A program made the translations under genes and the position numbers. The notes beneath the pieces were generated by a model. That model ran no database searches and was not told the origin of the DNA. It worked only from the letters and a program-made list of their open reading frames with translations. 64,000 nt of DNA from an uncultured Acidimicrobiia bacterium (GTDB taxonomy: Bacteria > Actinomycetota > Acidimicrobiia > Acidimicrobiales > SZUA-35): NCBI GenBank assembly GCA_963781035.1, contig CAWAEN010000004.1, positions 4,304 to 68,303 of the forward strand, in the 5' to 3' direction. Position 1 is the first letter of the stretch, and each line of letters starts with the position of its first letter. Below, one piece after another: positions 58,471 through 64,000 of the stretch.

Positions 58471-59331
58471 ATGTCCGAAACCCTCTCGTCTGACGCGTCG
58501 GGAACGGTTGCCTTCGTGCTCGGTGGGGGAGGACTACGCGGTGCCGCCGAGGTCGGAATGATCAAGGCGCTGGCGGAAGCCGAAATCGCACCGGACATGG
58601 TCGTCGGGACCTCGATCGGTTCCATCAACGGTGCGATCGTCGCTTCCGGCCCGATGGGAGCGATGTCCGAGCACCTCATCGGCATGTGGGACGAGCTGGC
58701 CGAGTCCGGCGTGTTGCGGGAGGGCGCCTTCAGTCGGCTGGTGAACATCGCCAGACACCGCACGCACCTCCACAACAACGACTCGATGCGCGACCTCATC
58801 CTCGAATGGCTTCCGTTCGCCACGTTCGAGGAGCTCGTGGTGCCGTTCCAGTGTTCGGCCGCCTGCGTGGAGACATCGGCCGAGTGGTGGTTCCAATCCG
58901 GCGTCCTCATCGACGCACTCCTCAGCTCGTGCGCAGTTCCCGGACTGCTGCCCCCGGTCGAGGTCGACGGAAAACACTTCATCGACGGCGGTGTCGTCAA
59001 CTCCATCCCGATCTCGCGGGCACTCGAACTCGGTGCCACCACCATCTACGTCCTCCACGTCGGCAACATCGATGCCCCCCTCCGGGTGCCTCGCACTGCG
59101 TGGGACGTCGCTTTCGTCGCCTTCGAGATCTCCCGTCGTCATCGGTTCCATCGCGACATCGAGAACCTGCCCGGCGGGGTCGACATCCACGTGCTGCCGA
59201 CAGGCCTCGACGCAAACATGAAGTTCAACGACCCGTCGAAGCTGCGCTACAACCACAGCCGGTCGATCTCGCAGAACATCGAACGTGCGTATGAGGACAC
59301 CCTGGAGTATCTGGAGTCCGTTTCGGTGTGA
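58471..59331 (+). CDS. patatin-like phospholipase
   Basis: Intact 286-aa ORF. Motifs are VLGGGGLRGAAEVG (oxyanion GGxR), VGTSIGSINGA (GxSxG) and FIDGGVVNSIP (DGG catalytic Asp). Confidence 0.9.
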   Translation: MSETLSSDASGTVAFVLGGGGLRGAAEVGMIKALAEAEIAPDMVVGTSIGSINGAIVASGPMGAMSEHLIGMWDELAESGVLREGAFSRLVNIARHRTHLHNNDSMRDLILEWLPFATFEELVVPFQCSAACVETSAEWWFQSGVLIDALLSSCAVPGLLPPVEVDGKHFIDGGVVNSIPISRALELGATTIYVLHVGNIDAPLRVPRTAWDVAFVAFEISRRHRFHRDIENLPGGVDIHVLPTGLDANMKFNDPSKLRYNHSRSISQNIERAYEDTLEYLESVSV

Positions 59332-59486
59332 CGCCGGCTCGCCCTGGCGGACCGCCGGTCGATGGGTGGCGGCTCCGCTCGGGCCGAAGAATTTCTCGGA
59401 GCGTGTGCAATCGGGTGACGAGGTCCGCGTTGTAACCGGGGAACGAGCCGACGGCGGGTTGGCTCGACACACCGAAAGCGAACCTC

Positions 59487-60404
59487 ATGCGACGACTCCT
59501 TCTCTCGGTCGGGCTCGGCCTGACCATCTGCGCCGGACTGGTGGTGCCGGCCGGTGCCCAACGGGACCCGGGCACCGACACTCGACCGGTCCGACCGACC
59601 GTCACTGCGCCGACGGACACTGCTCCGATCGATGCTGCGCCGATCGAGGCGGCGCCGACGCGCCCGATCGACGCCGCTCCGAGCGACGTGCGACCCACTG
59701 ATGTCCGCCCGACGATGTCCGCCCGACCGACGTGCGGCCGATCGAGGCGCTGCGCCTGGCCTGCCACGGCCGGATGTCAGACGCCGGCCGGGCCGCCGTT
59801 GCCTGCGAGTGGTCACCCACGACCAGAGACGCAGCGGCCGGCTACACCCTGATTCGCAGCAACGGCGACACCAGGACCACGGTCTTCTCGACCCGTGACC
59901 TCAGCGTGACGACGGCGGTCGACAGCAACATCCGTCTCGACATCTCCTACACCTACTCCGTCCTCGTCGTTGGACGCCCACGGCAAGACGATCGGCCAGG
60001 GTGGCCCGGTCACCGCCGGCGTCCGGGCACCCGATACCGACATCGAAGTCCTGAAGCTGGAGTGCGCAGCCGCTGACGAGGCCTTTGCCGCCCGCTGCCA
60101 CTGGCGGGCATCGACCAGCGGCAACGCGGTCGGCTACCAACTCTGGCGCATCGTGAATCGTGGCGAGCGTGAGCTCGTGCACCGCGGCGGCCTCGACCAG
60201 ACCTCGGTCGCCGATCGCCTTCCCCGCAACACGATGCTGGTCCGCTACGCCGTCCTCGCGGTCGACGCCGACGGGGAGATCGTCGGGCAATCACGACCGT
60301 TCGTGCTCCGTTTCGACAGCAGCCCCGGCGGCCCGACCATCGACCGCGAGATCGACTCCAGCCCGGCCCGGCCCATCCGTTTCGGGTCCATCTCCTATCG
60401 CTGA
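59487..60404 (+). CDS. secreted protein: signal peptide + Pro/Thr-rich repeats + two Ig/Fn3-like modules; 2 frame breaks (about 59710-59720 and 59960-59975)
   Basis: MRRLLLSVGLGLTICAGLVVPAGAQ, then repeats (ORF 59487..59852). Module 1: IEALRLACHGRMSDAGRAAVACEWSP...AGYTLIRSNGD...SYTYSVLV (ORF 59732..60076). Module 2: IEVLKLECAAADEAFAARCHWRAS...VGYQLWRIVN...RYAVLAVDADGEIVGQS (ORF 59970..60404). Confidence 0.6.
59604..59745 (+). repeat. coding short tandem repeats (APID/APIE units, then DVRPT pentapeptide units x4)
   Basis: TAPTDTAPIDAAPIEAAPTRPIDAAPS is followed by gac gtg cga ccc act / gat gtc cgc ccg acg / (g)at gtc cgc ccg acc / gac gtg cgg ccg atc. One G appears to be missing at the second/third unit junction, which causes the frame break. 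Confidence 0.6.
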
Positions 60405-60467
60405 GCCCAGAGCGATCGTTTGCGAGTGTCCACCCTTGCCCTTGCCGGCCCGGCAACCATCTGCTCT

Positions 60468-61032
60468 GTGAGCAGCCGTGACGACGATCTCCTCAGCGAG
60501 CGAGATCTGGTCGAGCGGGCGAGGGTGGACGCCGACGCGTTCTCCGATCTCTACCGGCGGTTCCTTCCCGCAGGTCCACGCCTACGCACGACGGCGGACC
60601 GGCAGCCCAGAAGCGGCCGAGGACATCTGCTCGGCCACCTTCGAGGCGGCACTGAAGAACCTCCACCGATTCAAGTGGCGGAGCGGCGGTTTCGCCCCGT
60701 GGCTGATGCGGATCGCGGCCAACCAGACGATCGCCCACTACCGGCGGGAGGGCCGGCCATCGACCGACCGGGGGCAGCTGGCCATGTCGAAACTCCACAC
60801 CGGTGAGACGTTCGACGATCTGCCGCTGGAGGACATGGGCCAACTGCGGGCCGCCTTCGACGAACTCCCGGATCGTTACCAGCGGGTGCTCTCCCTCCGC
60901 TACCTCGCCGACCTCGACCCGGCCGAAGCCGCCCAGGCGATGGGGCTGGCCAAACCCGCCCTCGCCGTCGTGTTGTCCAGAGCACTGAAAGCACTACGCC
61001 GCGAACTCGAACGATTGGAGGGTGACCGATGA
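60468..61032 (+). CDS. ECF-type RNA polymerase sigma-70 factor; frame broken once near 60565-60575
   Basis: GTG at 60468 in the ORF 60420..60806 frame (DLVERARVDADAFSDLYRRFLP). ORF 60478..61032 follows (VHAYARRRTGSPEAAEDICSATFEAALKNLHRF...FAPWLMRIAANQTIAHYRR = region 2; LPDRYQRVLSLRYLADLDPAEAAQAMGLAKPALAVVLSRALKALRREL = region 4). Confidence 0.8.
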
Positions 61033-61958
61033 GCAAACCAGACGAGGTCCAGCGCCGACTCGAACAGTGGGGCAACGACGAGCAGCCTTCCGTCGACGGC
61101 GCCTTCGCCAACCGACTCGACAGCGACCTCCGAGCGATGCACCACAGCACTTCCGAAACGAAGCGCCCGTTCTGGCAACCGGCCGTCCTCGCCCTCGCCG
61201 CTCTGCTCGTGGTGGCCGGTGGTGTCTTCGCCTTCACTCGCACTCGAACCGACGACCTCGTCGTTGTCATGGCTGCGGCCACCGAGACCGAGGTCGTGCT
61301 GCCCGATGGCGAGATCGTGAACGGAGCAGCCGGGCTCGAGCTGCCGGACGGGACTCAGATCACCGTCGGCGCCGACGGCTCCGCCGTGATCGCCGGCGTG
61401 GTGCTCGAGGCCGGTACCCAGGCGGTCATCAACGACGGCCAACTCGAGATCCGAACCCAGCCGGACGCAACCGATTCCGAGGTCACGGGGCCGAGCTCGA
61501 CGGTGGCGCCAACGACCACGACCCGCCCATCCGATCGCGATTCGACGACGGCGCCCCCCAGCACCCGGGCGACCACCTCGTCGACGCGCCGCACGACGAC
61601 GAGCACCACGCGTCGCTCCACCACGACCGCGGTCACCACGCCCCAGACCACCTCGCCACCGACCTCCGCCGACCAGCCCTCGACCACGACCGCCGACCTG
61701 GTTGTCGTGCTCGAGTGGGCGGAACGAGACGGCCGGGTGCGACTGACCTGGACGTACGCCGGCCCCGACACGCTCGCCGGCTGGCGGGTGACGGTCACGA
61801 GCGGCGACCGGTTGCGGACGCTCGCCGTGCTGCGTGACCCGGCCGCGAGGGCGATCACCGTCGAGCGGCTCGACGGCGCCGCCAGCTACCGGGTGATCGC
61901 CCTCGATGGCGACGGGGCAGTCATCGCCGAGAGCAACACGGTCGCCGTCCCGGGCTGA
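61029..61958 (+). CDS. putative membrane-anchored anti-sigma factor with an extracytoplasmic Ig/Fn3-like domain
   Basis: Intact 309-aa ORF with an ATGA overlap onto the sigma gene. It has a short cytoplasmic N-terminus, a TM helix (PAVLALAALLVVAGGVFAF) and a Thr/Ser/Pro-rich linker. The C-terminal module is VVVLEWAERDGRVRLTWTYAGPDTLAGWRVTV...SYRVIALDGDGAVIAES. Confidence 0.65.
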   Translation: MSKPDEVQRRLEQWGNDEQPSVDGAFANRLDSDLRAMHHSTSETKRPFWQPAVLALAALLVVAGGVFAFTRTRTDDLVVVMAAATETEVVLPDGEIVNGAAGLELPDGTQITVGADGSAVIAGVVLEAGTQAVINDGQLEIRTQPDATDSEVTGPSSTVAPTTTTRPSDRDSTTAPPSTRATTSSTRRTTTSTTRRSTTTAVTTPQTTSPPTSADQPSTTTADLVVVLEWAERDGRVRLTWTYAGPDTLAGWRVTVTSGDRLRTLAVLRDPAARAITVERLDGAASYRVIALDGDGAVIAESNTVAVPG

Positions 61959-62000
61959 CCGGCATCGTTGCCGTCGGTACCATTCGGCAAGACTGGACGC

Positions 62001-62979
62001 ATGTGGTTTCGCACGCTGACGGGGTTCGACGAGGGTGATGGCGATTCGGTGCGCTCCCAGCTCCGCCTCGACGGTGATCAACTGATCTCGCTGGTCAATG
62101 GCCGTTCGGTCGGAGTCGGGACCCTCACGACACCATCGCTGGGCGACCTTCGTGCGGCCACCGGCGCAACCGGTCAGGGAACGATCAGTGAAGTGGTGGC
62201 CGACGTGGCCGACCTCCACGCCGATCCGGCCAACGCCGGCGCCACGTTCCAGGTCGCCTCGCAGTTCAACCTCCTCGAGATGCCGTCACCACGGGTGACG
62301 CCCGAGGCCGGGGTCGACGGCTACGAACACGACCGCACCCAGGGTCCGGCCTGCGCCGTGGCCTGCGGTGGCGGCACGATCTACCGCAATTGGTTCCACC
62401 CCGTCGGCGGTGGTGTCGGACAAACCACCACCCGGCAGATCGATTGCCTGGCCGATCTCGGCGACGCCCTCGGCAACACGAGCGGCGAGCGATGGGTCAT
62501 GCAGAACGGCTATTGCCTCGCCTCCAGCAGCGGACTCCGACAGATCACGGCCGAGCTCGAGGCTGCATCAGGAGAGGAGCGCGATCACCTTGCCGGGCTG
62601 CTGCGTATCGGTGTGCACACCGACGTCGAGGTCACCAGGAACGCCGCCGGTCATCGAGTGACGCAGGTCTACGGATCAGCGCTCCCTGTCGCATACGGCA
62701 CCCCGTCGGCCGCCGAGTGGGAGCCGTTTGCACGGCTCGTGCTCGACGCCAGCTACGAAGCGACGCTCCGAGTCGCTCACGGCAACGCCGCCGTCACGGC
62801 GAATCCCGACCGTGTTCCTGACGTTGTTGGGCGGTGGAGTGTTCGGCAACCGTGTCGAGTGGATCGAGGACGCCATCGTGCGAGCGGTCCGCCTGTTGGG
62901 CGCGGGTCTCGACATCCGCCTGGTCAGCTACGGCTCGTCCCACCCGGTAGCTCAGCGAATCGCCGCTGCGCTCGGCTGA
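62001..62979 (+). CDS. conserved hypothetical protein, possibly macro/PARG-like; frame broken once near 62805-62820
   Basis: ATG at 62001 in ORF 61968..62993: ATFQVASQFNLLEMPSPRVTPEAGVDGYEHDRTQGPACAVACGGGTIYRNWF... The tail lies in ORF 62728..62979 (TVFLTLLGGGVFGNRVEWIEDAIVRAV). The GGGVFGN motif resembles the C-terminal motif of microbial PARG/macro-like proteins, from memory only. Confidence 0.45.
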
Positions 62980-63106
62980 GCCTGACCCGGTGAGTCTGGA
63001 TCAGATGCTCGTGGTCATCACCTGGTCCACTAGAACAGTGGCGAGAACGGGAGCGAACCATGGATGAGCCAGCGTTGCATCTGACCGATCGAATGACGGC
63101 GGCGAC

Positions 63107-64000
63107 ATGACGGACCTGCACTGGTGGTCGGCGACCGATCTCGCTGCCGCGATTCGCGACCGAGAGGTGTCTGCGAGTGAGGCGCTCGAACACCAGGTCG
63201 ACCGCATCGAACGACTCGATGAGCCCATCAACGCGATCGTGCAGTGGGATCTCGACCGCGCCCGGTCCGCGGCCCGAGCAGCCGACGACGCCGTCGCAGC
63301 AGGCCACGAGGTCGGCCCGCTCCATGGCGTACCGATGACGATCAAGGATTCGTTCCAGACCGAAGGATGTATCACGACGTCGGGGGCGCCAGAACTCGCC
63401 GACTTCGTCCCGACCGAGGACGCAGCGCCAGTTGCTCGACTCCGGGCGGCGGGTGCGATCCCGTTCGCCAAGACGAACCTGCCGATCTTCGCCGGCGACA
63501 TCCAGAGCTTCAACGAGGTGTACGGAACGACCAACAATCCGCACGACGTGGCGCGTACCCCGGGCGGGTCCTCGGGCGGTTCGGCCGCCGCGCTCGCCAT
63601 GGGTTTCACCGCCCTCGAGCTGGGGTCGGACATCGGCGGGTCGATCCGGGTGCCGGCTCACTACTCAGGTGTCTCCGGCCACAAGCCGAGCTACGGCATC
63701 GTGCCGGCCCACGGTCAGATTCCCGGCATGCCCGGCACGCTCAGCCAGGCCGACCTCGCGGTCGCAGGGCCCATGGCTCGATCGGTGCGCGACCTCGAAC
63801 TCGGGCTCGACGTGCTCGTCGGACCCGATCGGTGGAGCGACCCGGCGTGGACGATCGAACTGCCATCGGCGCGCGCCGAATCGCTCTCCGAGCTTCGTAT
63901 CGCGGCATGGCTCGACGACGAGTACTGCCCGGTCGATGCATCGACCCGTCGGGTGCTCGGTGACCTCGTCGCCGAGATCGGTGATGCCGGCGGGCGCGTC
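63107..64000 (+). CDS. amidase (amidase-signature family), 5' part; continues beyond the window end
   Basis: Absent from the ORF track because there is no stop in the window. Reading from ATG at 63107 gives MTDLHWWSATDLAAAIRDREVSASEAL...GPLHGVPMTIKDSFQTEG...FAKTNLP...NNPHDVARTPGGSSGGSAAALAMGF...LGSDIGGSIRVPA, the canonical AS signature. The frame stays open to 64000. Confidence 0.85.
   Translation, partial: MTDLHWWSATDLAAAIRDREVSASEALEHQVDRIERLDEPINAIVQWDLDRARSAARAADDAVAAGHEVGPLHGVPMTIKDSFQTEGCITTSGAPELADFVPTEDAAPVARLRAAGAIPFAKTNLPIFAGDIQSFNEVYGTTNNPHDVARTPGGSSGGSAAALAMGFTALELGSDIGGSIRVPAHYSGVSGHKPSYGIVPAHGQIPGMPGTLSQADLAVAGPMARSVRDLELGLDVLVGPDRWSDPAWTIELPSARAESLSELRIAAWLDDEYCPVDASTRRVLGDLVAEIGDAGGRV

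Noticed and set aside
58471-59331. Patatin phospholipase as a CBASS-type (CapV-like) defence effector.
   Set aside because: No CD-NTase/cyclase, Cap2/Cap3 or other CBASS component is nearby. Its partner is an acyltransferase, which points to lipid metabolism.
1-64000. CRISPR arrays, IS elements, integrases and prophage genes.
   Set aside because: I found no spaced direct-repeat array. The short tandem repeats present are coding (DVRPT at about 59.7 kb, TEPATT at about 44.27 kb, LRGEFA at about 38.2 kb). No transposase, integrase or terminal inverted repeats were recognised, so the island hypotheses above lack defined mobile-element boundaries.

Overview
This is a high-GC, Actinomycetota-like chromosomal window, densely coding on both strands. 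I found no rRNA, tRNA, CRISPR array, integrase or transposase. I call about 60 protein-coding loci. Many calls merge fragments from the ORF track. In roughly 40 places a recognisable protein continues in a different reading frame, which means either frameshifts (true pseudogenes) or consensus indel errors. These breaks are unevenly distributed: regulators, sensors and secreted proteins are hit hard, while several long transporter and enzyme genes are intact. Main blocks follow. (i) 0.6-9.1 kb holds an NrtR-like Nudix regulator divergent from an ADP-ribosylglycohydrolase-vWA fusion across an AT-rich spacer with a perfect palindrome. Next to them are a large protein with two nuclease-like motifs, an EEP enzyme, a second vWA paralog, an HD hydrolase and a sigma-like protein. 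This is my best candidate for an undescribed nucleotide/ADP-ribose-linked conflict or stress island. (ii) 11.8-17.2 kb holds a lipoprotein, EEP enzyme, membrane protein and NSS transporter, followed by a GGDEF-EAL protein. (iii) 19.3-22.8 kb holds a DoxX/cupin/SnoaL/VOC detoxification-like operon with a LuxR regulator. (iv) 33.3-44.0 kb is a co-directional AfsK/AfsR-like block: SARP, Ser/Thr-kinase-STAND-WD40 giant gene, coiled-coil membrane protein, SARP-NB-ARC-TPR, and a hyper-acidic protein. (v) 47.9-55.5 kb holds DUF1800, DUF1501, an animal-type heme peroxidase, a secreted protein and a two-component system. (vi) 57.3-62.0 kb holds an acyltransferase/patatin pair and an ECF sigma/anti-sigma module whose sensor domain recurs in the adjacent secreted protein. 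All functional calls rest on motifs read by eye. No database search was possible.
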